Positions 40,590-50,320 of a DNA stretch of 64,000 nucleotides are shown one piece after another. The translations under genes and the position numbers were made by a program. The notes beneath the pieces are model-generated. The model had not been told where the DNA came from and made no database searches. It saw only the letters and a list, made by a program, of their open reading frames with translations. Origin of the DNA: Stegostoma tigrinum (taxonomy: Eukaryota). The stretch covers positions 168,954,745-169,018,744 of the forward strand of contig NC_081354.1 in assembly GCF_030684315.1 (NCBI RefSeq), written 5' to 3'. Every line of letters starts with the position of its first letter. Positions within the stretch are counted from its first letter, which is position 1.

Positions 40590-42800
40590 AAGTAAGAGGA
40601 AGAATACAATGTATTGCTCATCAGACTTGCTCTGCTATTTCATACCATCGTTTGAGTTTGTTCATTTTCCAGTCCCCTTCCCTATATCCCTTGATTCCTG
40701 GAGAGTCCAATATATGGTATAGACAATTCCAAAAATCAGTAACCCTGTGAGTGAAGAAATTTCTCCCTACCTCATGTCCCAATAGCCTGAGACCGTCTTT
40801 TCAGATTCCTCAGTCAGCAGATGAAACCTCTCAATATCACCCTTGTCAATAACCATCAGAATCATGTAGGTATCAATGAGATCATCTCTCATTCTTCTGA
40901 TCTCCAGAGAATATCGACTCCATTTGCTCAGCTTCTCATCAGAGGACATTCCTCTCATCCCAAAGAACAATGTCATGAACCTTCATCGCACTGCCTCCAA
41001 AGTGAGCACATTCTTCCGTAAAAAGGAGGCCAAAGCTGCACATAGTGTGCAGAATTAATGAAACCCCTCCACATAGTGCATTTGGTGGCAAGTTTGTATT
41101 TAACAAATTGGGAGGGTGGTGGTTGGAGATGTTATAGCCTCTCCACCACTGCCCTGATTATGCATATGGAGGGAAGGCTTGTGGGCAGCCTTCCTATCCT
41201 GTTGCCAGTTGAAGCCTTTATCTAGCAATTATTGCTCACTGAAGGGCCTCATTCTGCTGCCAATGGTTTCCATCCACACACTATAGTGACCTCATCATGT
41301 TGCAGGTTTGAAATGTAAATGCTGGCTTATTGCTTGCAGGTTTTCAGGAAGGATGGAGGGAGGGGGAATCTGATTGCTCATTTGAAGGTACCTGGCTCCA
41401 GTAACCAGCTCCAGTGGTGGGAGAACAGGCATCTTGCCCTTGCTGCCAAATATCCTTCCCTAGCCCAAAACCTTCAATCACCCTGCCGGCCTTCCATAAC
41501 AGACCTACACCTCATTTGGAACCAGTACCTAAACTGACCAGCTTGCCCTGATTGGCTGCAGCTCATGGTATTTCAGCCCCCAGACTCTTTTATCATGTGG
41601 AAAGGCAGCCCCTGACCAGTTAGCTCTCTAAATTGTCCTTCGTTTGTTAGCTCTTCTTGAGAAGAGGTGATGACGGCTGCTCTGACTCATTTCACCACCA
41701 TTGAATGTTCCCCAGTATTACAGCTGTGGTCACGCCAAAGCCCCGAACAGTTGTAACAAGACTTCTTCATTCCTGTATGGTAATTGGAAAGAAAAGGGCT
41801 CACATGCCACACACCTTCCTAACTGTCTCCACACCTGAGCTTATTGCATTCTCTGAGTGAGCGTGACCAAATCTCTCTGAACATCAACATTAACAAGTTT
41901 CACACCTTTTAAAAAATATTCTACTTTTCTGTTCCTGTGAGCAAAATGAATTTGCTTACACTTCCCCAGCTGAAGCTAAATTGCTTATAATGCCACATAT
42001 ACCTTTAGTGAACTGGCCTAAAATAAGCCCTCTCCCAACATCACCAATATACAGAATAATGACCTGGCCTTGTGTGGTGCTTGCTGTGGGCAGATTGGCT
42101 GATTTACCCCGTTACAAGAATGACTAACTTCAAAAGTGCTACATTGCCTGACAACCTAAGAGCAAGAAAAGCATAAATACATGTTTTTTTTTAAATCTTG
42201 ATGAAGGAAGAAATCTTCCTTTCTCTTGTAATTTGTGCCAGATCATAGCTAAAACATGTGATCCAAAAGGTCACAGATAGCTCCCTCAGGATTGAAGTAT
42301 CAGCCTGAATTATGTGTCGAGATCAAGGCATCTCTCCTCTAGTTTTCGGGACTCCAAAGAGCCTCTCTCCAGTGTCCTGCTTAAATATTTATCCCTCAAC
42401 CAGATTTTGTGAGTCACTGTACAATTAGTATTAGCATATTGGCGATCACATTACTAAACCACCACTTGAGTTTAGAAAATCATAAGGGTCATGGATAAGG
42501 TGAATAGCCGACGTCTTTTCCTCAGGTGGGGCAGTCCAAAACTAGAGGGCATGGGTTTAAAGTGTGAGGGGAAATATTTAAAAGGAATCTAAGGGGCAAC
42601 TTTTTCACACAGAGGGTGGTGCATGTATGGAATGCGATGACAGAAGACGTAGTGGAGATGGGTACAATTACAACATTTAAAAGGCACGTGGATGGGTACA
42701 CGAATAGGAATGTTTTAGAGAGATCTGGGCCAAATGCTGTCAAAATGGGACGATGTGTTGGTCAGCAAGGACGAGTTGGACCGAAGTGTCTGTATCCATA
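40590..42800. mobile_element. Scattered CR1 fragments (40590-41060 -, 41640-41970 -, 42470-42800 +)
   Basis: YSLE.RRMR.DLI and RGNFFTQRVV..WN motifs. Confidence 0.7.
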
Positions 42801-42834
42801 TCGCTGATTTCTTTGGGCCTATTAATATAATTAG

Positions 42835-42990
42835 AAATCGCTGGAAATGCTGAGTTCTGAGGAAGGATCACCGGGCCTGAAACGTTAACTCTGTTTTCTC
42901 CTTCACGGATGCTGCCAGACCTGCTGAGCTTTTCCAGCAACTTCTGTTTTTGTTCCTGATTTACAGCATCCACAGCTCTTTGGGTTTTGT
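42835..42990 (+). mobile_element. Short repeat (family 2) with hammerhead-like core
   Basis: GAGTT-CTGAGGA-A-stem-GAAACGTT-AACTC plus tail GATGCTGCCAGACCTGCTGAG. Related copies at 8250-8388, 17968-18070, 24085-24183, 44178-44302, 45800-45975, 47780-47990, 48750-48940, 59540-59627 and 62478-62580. Confidence 0.7.
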
Positions 42991-43509
42991 GTTAGACATA
43001 GTGACGTGGATATCAGATTTCTAACACACCGAAGCCGGTTTTCCGTTAAAACGGGATTTGGACAAACTTAAATAAGGACAGATTGCGGTTTGATCAGATA
43101 TCAGTCTCTTATTAAAATAAAACGGCTCCTGAGTTGATTTTGCTTTAATAAGCATGAAGTGGATTTATATTCGTCCGTCTCTGTAGGCATTGTTTAATAT
43201 TTGAAATTAGCACACCCACCCCAGACCCCACCAAAAACAAATCAGAGCCTCCGCTTACTTTAACGTGCTCGGAGGTTCTCGCTTTGTCTAATTAAAATCA
43301 ACGTTCACTGGGGTTTGAAACAGAGATGGGGCGAATATTACTAATCCATCGCTAACCAGCACAAACCGAGACTAAATCCAGACTCCGAGAGTTGTCTTTC
43401 GGCTGAAGAGAGCTCTTTTCATTCACAAGTAGAGACGAAGCAAAGCAAGGGCAATCCGCCATGCCCCACTCTCTAAACTCTAAAGTTGTCACAAAAGAAA
43501 TGTATTTAC

Positions 43510-43546
43510 CGTTTTCGAAACTGGTGGGGACATCGCCTCCGGGATT
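43510..43546 (-). CDS. CD8B: CD8 beta-like gene, exon 5 (cytoplasmic tail KSRRRCPHQFRKR)
   Basis: 37-bp phase 1-2 exon, acceptor ctcttccatttttag, donor gtaaat. Basic tail with a CxH motif. Confidence 0.85.
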
Positions 43547-43675
43547 CTAAAAATGGAAGAGAAACAGGGACCTCCCGAGTAAATAAATTCTCCACAGGTG
43601 ATTGCAGTGTATCAAAGGCGAAGTTAACACACACATACGTACACACTCTGTCGCACCGACCACCCCAACCCCCCC

Positions 43676-43776
43676 CACACACACATAACCATAAACGCAC
43701 AAATACACACACACACACACACACACACATACACACACACACACACACACGCACACACACACGCACGCACACACAC
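43676..43776. repeat. Imperfect (CA)n microsatellite in CD8B intron 4
   Basis: Long CA dinucleotide run visible directly. Confidence 0.95.
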
Positions 43777-43799
43777 AAGAAACAGCTTTCGGCCCTTAC

Positions 43800-43898
43800 T
43801 CTGGATCCTGTGTTTGATGACAACAAAGATGATGGAGGTCAGGAGCATGAGGTTGCAAGCAGCAAGAGAGACCCAGATACTCCAGTTACACACGTACC
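43800..43898 (-). CDS. CD8B: CD8 beta-like gene, exon 4 (membrane-proximal Cys plus transmembrane helix)
   Basis: 99-bp phase 1-1 exon, acceptor tgttttctttgcag, donor gtaagg. Encodes GYVCNWSIWVSLAACNLMLLTSIIFVVIKHRIQ; starts G-x-x-C like mammalian CD8B GPLC. Confidence 0.88.
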
Positions 43899-44479
43899 CT
43901 GCAAAGAAAACAGCAGCACATGCCTTAGCGCAGCACAGTGTCAGTCAGAGCCACAACAAGGCAAAGAATTCCCGAGCAAAAATAACACATTGTCCACGAA
44001 ATACAAGGTCATGGTTTGCGGGTCTTTGAACCCGCGGTGAGAAAGTCATTGCCTTTCGATGCAGAATATTGTCAGTGAGCTGTCCGCCTGCATGTCAGCT
44101 CTTGTTTGCACTCCTTTAAGCAGCACCAGCTCCTGGCACCTTTCAGTCCATGAGACCGTCAGCGTCAAGCCAAGGCCAGAGCAAATTACTGCAGATGCTG
44201 GAATCTGTACCCAAATGAAGTCATCTCGACTGGAAACGTTAGTTTGCTCTCTCTCCACGGATGCTGTCTGACCTGCTGTGATCCCCAGCATTTGTTATTT
44301 TCAAATCAAGGCAGGCAGCCTGGACTTTCCAGGTGTTTGTTTCTGATGGCCCCCTCCTCAAACTTATTTCTGGAGGCAGAACATTGCACTGTTTTATTCG
44401 TTACCAATATTGAGAGATTATCAGGTTGGCATGGATGAGTCGGAACGAAGGGTCTGTTTCCATGCTGTACATCTCTATA

Positions 44480-47150
44480 ACCCTATTTAGGTTCACGATT
44501 CTCAAAAAAGTGGCCTAACCATTGTCCTGCATAGCTGCAACATGACCTTCCAATGCCAATGCTCTGTGCAAGCATGCCAAATGGTGCTTTCTCTATCCTA
44601 TCTACCTGTGACTCCACTTTCAAGGAATGATGAACCTGTATTCCAAGGTTTGTTTGTTCAGCAATACTCCCCAAGACCTATTCATTCAGTACATAAGTCC
44701 TGCCCTGACTTGCCTTTCCAAAATGTAGCACCTCACATTTATCTAAATTAAACTCCATCTGCCACTCCTCAGCCCACTGGCCCATCTGATGAAGAACCTG
44801 GTGTACTCTGAGATAACCTTCTTCACTGCACATTACACCCCCAATTTTGGTGTCATCTGCAAAATTACCAAACATTCCTCCAATATTCACAACCTAATCA
44901 TTTATATCAATGACAAAAAAGTCACTATGCATTGTTAGAAAGGCTTAGCCAGATCCCAGAAGAAATTCAACACTGGGGGTTTATCTCAGAATTCAGGGGC
45001 AGGATGGCTATCAGTGAGCTAAGACAACTGAATCTGATTGGAAAGCTGTTGCTGTGTCCATACCTCCTGTATACCAGGAAGATTTATATTAACTACAACA
45101 ACTGACTCCTGGATTATGTTGAAAGATTGCCTGAAATCTGAAATGGCTGCAGAAATCAGAAACAGTTGGATTATCCATTGTCTCATCTGCTGGGTACTAC
45201 TCCAATCTATGGCTGATGGTGAACTGAATGAGGGTTTAGATGTATCCCAGCAGAAGAAATCTTAATGTTAAATAAATCATGTCTAATGTTACTCCTCAGC
45301 AAGTAGTCCAGACTAAAGATTGAACTGCTGGATATGGGATAGATTCGGGAATTGACAACTTCATGATTTTTATCTCAAGTGAGAGAAGAAAAGTTGAGAC
45401 TAGAACTTGGCCAAGGATCATAGCTCCTCCAACATTAATCACCCTTTCTGCACCCTCCCCCCCCCACCATCACTCACAGCTAATAGAACATAGAACATAG
45501 AACATAGAACAGTACAGCACAGAACAGGCCCTTCAGCCCACAATGTTGTGCCGACCATTGATCCTCATGGATGCACCCTCAAATTTCTGTGACCATATGC
45601 ATGTCCAGCAGTCTCTTAAATGACCCCAATGACCTTGCTTCCACAACTGCTGCTGGCAACGCATTCCATGCTCTCACAACTAATGTTTGGCCAGCATTAT
45701 CTTCACTTATTCTGCCAACACATCCATTATAATCAACTGGTTAAAGTGTGCCCCTGTTTTACAAAGATGCATTCTAAAATGAACACTATTCAATGCAAAC
45801 AAAAACAAACTTACTGGAAAATCTCAACAGGTCTGGCAGCATCTGTGGACCTCGTCACTGGACCTGAAATGTTAAGCCTGCGTCCACTGCATTGACATTG
45901 CCAGACTTATTGAGTTTTTCCAGCAATTTCTGTTTTTTATTCTGATTTCCAGCATCCACAGTGCTTTGGTTTTTGTTGCTATTCAGTGCAAAATTGACAG
46001 ACATGGGGGAGTTCTGCAGTTAACCAGAGAGGACTGTAAGCATTGATAGATTGCCCCATTGCATTTTTTTAAGGCAGTACATTAAACTGGAAAGTGAGGC
46101 TGTGGGGATGTGTGATAGTTCTGTCTTGCTTAGCAATAAACAAGCAACACAGACCCTCTGCTCAGGAGGGATCTCCTTGTACACTGTAAATTGACTTGGA
46201 AATTGAATAGCAGCCTTACATTTCAGGTTTATATTTTCCTGCAGTCTCCTTACATCAAATGGTTTCATTGGAAGAGACATGAAGCTGTCCAAGGCATCCG
46301 TGACAGGTGAGCTTCTTCGCAAATCCATTCATTAACATTAGTGGGCAACAAGATAAAAACTCTCAGGCTGGCATTTCAAACCAAAGCAATTTTCTTGTTT
46401 CCAGACCTTCACATTCACCTCCCTACTGTAGGAGGTCAGATAACACTTTGCATTTATGTAGCAGCATGCAACAACTTCCAACGCGCGTCAATGACACCCA
46501 GCCACTTCAACAGATAATAGGCTGAGGCCTCCAAAGGTTTCATCTTATACATTCAGAACTATCTTCAAAGAGGCCGGGCTTTTGTAGACCAGAAGGGGGC
46601 TGGGAGAGAAGCTGCTTACTTGAGAAAGGATATACTGGCACTGGAAAGAGTGCTGTAGAGATTTACTAAGTTCATTCTGGAGTTGAGAGGGTTGGCTTAT
46701 GAGGACAGATTGAGTAGACTGGGACTTTACTCATTAAAACTTAGAAGAATGAGGGGGATTTTATAGAAACATAAAGTTATGAAGGGAAGAGATAAGATAG
46801 AAGCAGGGAGGTTGTTTCCACTAGGAGGTGAAACTAGAAGTAGGGGGCATTGCCTCAAAATAAGGGGGAGCAGATTTAGAACTCAGTTGAGGATAAGCTA
46901 CTTCACCCAAAGGGTTGTGAATCTGTGGAATTCCCTGCCCAGTGAAGCGGTTTGGCGACCTCATTTTTGAACAGTAAAGGAATTCAGGGTTATGGTGGGT
47001 AAGTGGAGCTGAGTCCATGGAAAGATCAGCCATGATTTTATTGATGTGAAAGGGCCAGTGTTGAACTTTGGCAGACAAATGAACTAATTGAATGGTAGAG
47101 CAAGCTCAGACTGGCCAGATGGTCTGGTCCTGTTCCTATTTTTTATGTTT
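44480..47150. mobile_element. CR1 fragments in CD8B intron 3 (44480-44920 -, 45484-45680 -, 46610-47150 +)
   Basis: FADDTKIGG..WQMEFN.DKCEVLHFG and FTQRVVNLWNSLP motifs. Confidence 0.8.
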
Positions 47151-48119
47151 TTATTGCCCAGGGTCAGTCACAAATGGCGCTGCCGTACAATAGGCCATAA
47201 ATAAACGCAGGGACCCGAGATTGGGAACTGCAGAAACTGTCATGAAAAGATATCCAGTAAATTCTCCAAGCACAGGGCACCCTCCCACCGTCTCCCACAA
47301 ATAGTGTTCCCCTCCAGAAAATGCGCGTGTATTCAACTGAAAATGAAAGCCTGTCCCATTTATACACACACCTACAAGCTCTTCAGAATTTACTCAGCCC
47401 CAGACCAAGGCCAGATAACGCTCCCAGATTTCTTTCTGGATCACTTTTTTCATGATGCTTGCATTTCAGTCAACATCCAGAGGCTGACTGTGAAACTGTG
47501 AATTACCGAAGAACTCAATCAGATTGTTTCCAACACGAAAAACCTTTAAAAATGAAGGAAAACGTGGGAAACATTCAACAGGCCAGGCAGCATCAATGGG
47601 AAACATTTCAGACCGGGGACGTTTCATCAGAGCTTCCAAAACAAAAAAAACACGCAAAGATGCGGCAGCGGCTTTCGGATAGCTAGGGCTTGGGGGTTGG
47701 GGAAACAGACGGTGGTAATGATTCTCATGCAATGCCGTGCTGGTAATGAACCAGCACGTTGGAAGCCAGTCCCTAAACTAAAGCAAAGAACTGAGGATGC
47801 TGGAAATTAGAAACAAGAACAGAAATAGCCTGAGAAAATCAGCAGGTCTGGTAGCATCTGGAGAGAGAAAGTAGGGTTGACGCTTTGGGTCCAGTGATCC
47901 TTCTTCAGAACTGGGTCCGAGAGTTAACTTGATTTTCATTTCTCTCTCTGCCAGACCTGCTGAATTTCCCCAACAGTTTCTGTTCTTGATAATTGTGTGT
48001 GGGGACTGTTGGGGAAACGCATTGGGCTGAAAGTAGGCATAATTATCCGTCAGATAGCCTGAACACCGCTAGTCTCTGTACCTCAAGCACAGTGAACGCA
48101 GTTTGACTATCGATCTTAC

Positions 48120-48227
48120 CGTGACTCTCCACTTTCTTCTTCTGTCGTACCTTGGGCTGGGTAACGCGATCGATTCCACCGCTTTTAGTCGTTGGGGGCG
48201 GCAAAGTTACTTTCTCTTGTTCTGGAA
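48120..48227 (-). CDS. CD8B: CD8 beta-like gene, exon 3 (Pro/Thr/Lys-rich hinge)
   Basis: 108-bp phase 1-1 exon, acceptor ctgctcgtttcag, donor gtaaga. Encodes VPEQEKVTLPPPTTKSGGIDRVTQPKVRQKKKVESH. Confidence 0.85.
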
Positions 48228-48289
48228 CTGAAACGAGCAGCATCTTAGGGGTCTGTGCTATATCCACGGACCGTCTGACAACTAACAGC

Positions 48290-48505
48290 AAGGTCAGAAA
48301 TCACAGATTGTAGTCCAACAGGTTTATTTGAAAGCACAAGCTTTCGGAGCCTCAGTCCTTCTTCAGGTATTAGTGCTGACCTCAGGGGTTGACTACTACC
48401 TGAAGAAGGAGCGACGCTGAGAAAGCTTGTGTTTTCAAACAAAGCTGATGTTGTGTGATTCCTGACCTTGTCCATCGCCAGCCCAACACCAGCACATTCA
48501 CACCA
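48290..48505. mobile_element. Short fold-back repeat (family 3) with two opposed hammerhead-like cores, CD8B intron 2
   Basis: Inverted arms, each with CTGAAGAAGGA..GAAAGCTTGTG. Confidence 0.7.
48335..48369 (-). ncRNA. Minimal hammerhead ribozyme motif (family 3), sense to the CD8B pre-mRNA
   Basis: TAC-CTGAAGA-A-GGA(CTGAGGC)TCC-GAAA-GCTT-GTG: stem I TAC/GTG, stem II GGA/TCC, palindromic AGCT stem III. Confidence 0.5.
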
Positions 48506-49037
48506 TGAGCAGCGAGGTCGGAATTGGCCCGGACCTTCCAGCAGCGACGATTTATGACTAAGCAAAGTCTGTCTTTGTTAGACTTGAGAGGAATGGCTAT
48601 CCATATTTCTAATAAGCCCCAATCCAGCCAACCAGAACCACATTAACCAGAATCTTTGGGGGGGGGGGGCGGCGGGGGGAGACGGTGTTGGAGGCTCGGT
48701 CTAATCAGAAGGAAACGGTCAGCCATTCCTTCAACAAAACTGCTGGAGATCTGAGCCAAAGCTGAAATTGCTGGAGAAACTCGGCATGTCCGGCTGTATC
48801 GTGGAGAGAGAAAAACAGTTAAAGTTTGAAGTTCAATTCTGAAGAAGGGTGGCTGACCCCGAAACATTAATTCTGTTTTCTCTCTCTCCCCAGATGCTGC
48901 CAGGCCCACTGAGCTTTTCCAAAAAAAATTGTCCTTGTCTCATTCAACAAACGGTGATTATCGTTGCTTCTTAAAGTCGATGCTTATTTTGATCATTTAT
49001 TACGGCGAAGAGTATTCACATTGGTAACGCTTCTTAC

Positions 49038-49385
49038 CTACTGTGACCACAGTTCCACTTCCCAGGTACATGGAGTAGGATTCGACCATCAGGCAATAGT
49101 AAGTGCCGTTGTCTGACTGCTGCGTGTCTTTTATGCTTAAACTGAACGACAGTCGAAAGGTATCTTTGGTTAGAACGAACCGCTCGGTTATTCCCTCTCC
49201 TGAGGTCTGTTTGTTCAGGACAGTGGCAGACTTCAGAAAATAGGCCCGGGAGTTTCCGTCTAGTTTGTACCAGAAAATCCACTCGAGTGAGCCCTTCTTC
49301 AGGTTACAGGAGAGTTCGATCTGCCCACCTTCGGTCACCACTATTTCCCTCGGAGTCTGCTGTAGCAATGATTCAGCCTGGGCAC
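49038..49385 (-). CDS. CD8B: CD8 beta-like gene, exon 2 (Ig V-set domain with J-like end)
   Basis: Acceptor ctttctgtccag, donor gtaaga. AQAESLLQQTPREIVV..IELSC..IFWYK..DNGTYYCLMVESYSMYLGSGTVVTV has the canonical Cys, Trp, DxGxYYC and GxG. The N-terminus matches mammalian CD8B SVLQQTP. Confidence 0.9.
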
Positions 49386-50124
49386 CTGGACAGAAAGGCA
49401 CAGAGCTGTTTAATTCTCCCGTTTCACCCCTCCCTCCCTTTCCCGCAAAATTCAGCTGTTTTGTCATAACACTCCTTATTCCCTTCCAGCCTTCAGCGAA
49501 TGCCGATTCGTTCGGATTTTAAACGCTCGTGCGCTTCTGACTTTCTGTCCCTTCAAGTCCGACTCAATTCAGAAGAGAATTGGTTCCTTATCTGAGATGA
49601 CACAGTATGGAGCTGTGTTATCTCTGACCCCAGCATCGGCAGTTCTTACTATCTCTTGGTTCCTTTATCTGAATGGGAGGAAAGGTGAGGGACTGGGGAA
49701 AAGCGAGCTGCTTCTGCGGAGAGCCGGCAGAGGGGCGATAGGCCGAATTGCCGCCTCCTGCTCCGCCATCATTCTCGAATTGAGATAATGGGAACTGCAG
49801 ATGCTGGAGAATCCGAGATAACAAAGCGTGGGGCTGGATGAACACAGCAGGCCAAGCAGCATCTTATCTGGAAATGGGATCTATTCCTCCAAAGGAAGCA
49901 GTTACAGGGCTGGTAAGGGATAGCAAGGGAGAGTGGCATCAATTGGGTCTCTGTTTCAAACAGCAAGCACCGGTAGAAGCGGCCGAAAGGCCTCCAACTC
50001 GGCAGTATGAATTCGTGATTTTATTCAAAAGACCTGTCCGAGTCTCCCGCTCAAAACTCGCTCAAACAAGGTGAACAGTAACGACAGGAATGTCAGTGAA
50101 ACTTTCAGCTCGAAATGCACTTAC

Positions 50125-50170
50125 TTTCAATCCAACAGCTCAGCATCCAAATGCAGCCAAGAAGGTACAT
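50125..50170 (-). CDS. CD8B: CD8 beta-like gene, exon 1 (signal peptide MYLLGCIWMLSCWIE, phase-1 end)
   Basis: ATG at 50170 in AAAATG context, 15 mostly hydrophobic codons plus A, then donor gtaagt. Splices in frame to the V exon giving ...WIESAQAESLLQQTP. Confidence 0.85.
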
Positions 50171-50320
50171 TTTACCCGCGAGGGAGATAGAAAAAAGAGA
50201 GAAACTGCTGTTTACTGAAGGCGAGGGCACGACGGTTGTGCTGAAGACAGAGAGAAAGAGGCAGAGAGAAACCAGGGACTTCCCTGTGATGCCAGGCGCC
50301 ACCAGCTGCAAGTTCAGGGT
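50171..50320 (-). promoter_or_regulatory. CD8B 5'UTR / proximal promoter region
   Basis: CpG-retaining unique DNA just upstream of the ATG, with GGGACTTCCC (kB/ETS-like, 50275-50284) and E-box CAGCTG (50303-50308). Motif matches only. Confidence 0.35.

Noticed and set aside
43150-43410. Nearer phase-2 acceptors for the last CD8B exon (giving RRKTTLGVWI* or RDGRI*)
   Set aside because: Weaker context and no resemblance to known CD8 tails; cannot be excluded without RNA data.
43486-44040. 184-aa + strand ORF and overlapping Cys/Val-rich ORFs
   Set aside because: Artefacts of the (CA)n microsatellite and of antisense reading of CD8B exons.
49000-49467. V exon as a rearranging Ig/TCR segment or a processed VJ
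   Set aside because: The J-like strand is in the same exon, no RSS was seen, and it splices to hinge, TM and tail exons with no C domain.
43510-50170. Calling the gene CD8A
   Set aside because: RRCPH and the TM motif fit alpha, but LQQTP, the GxGT ending, the GxxC TM-exon start and FxKx-F(H/Y) favour beta. Alpha is not fully excluded.
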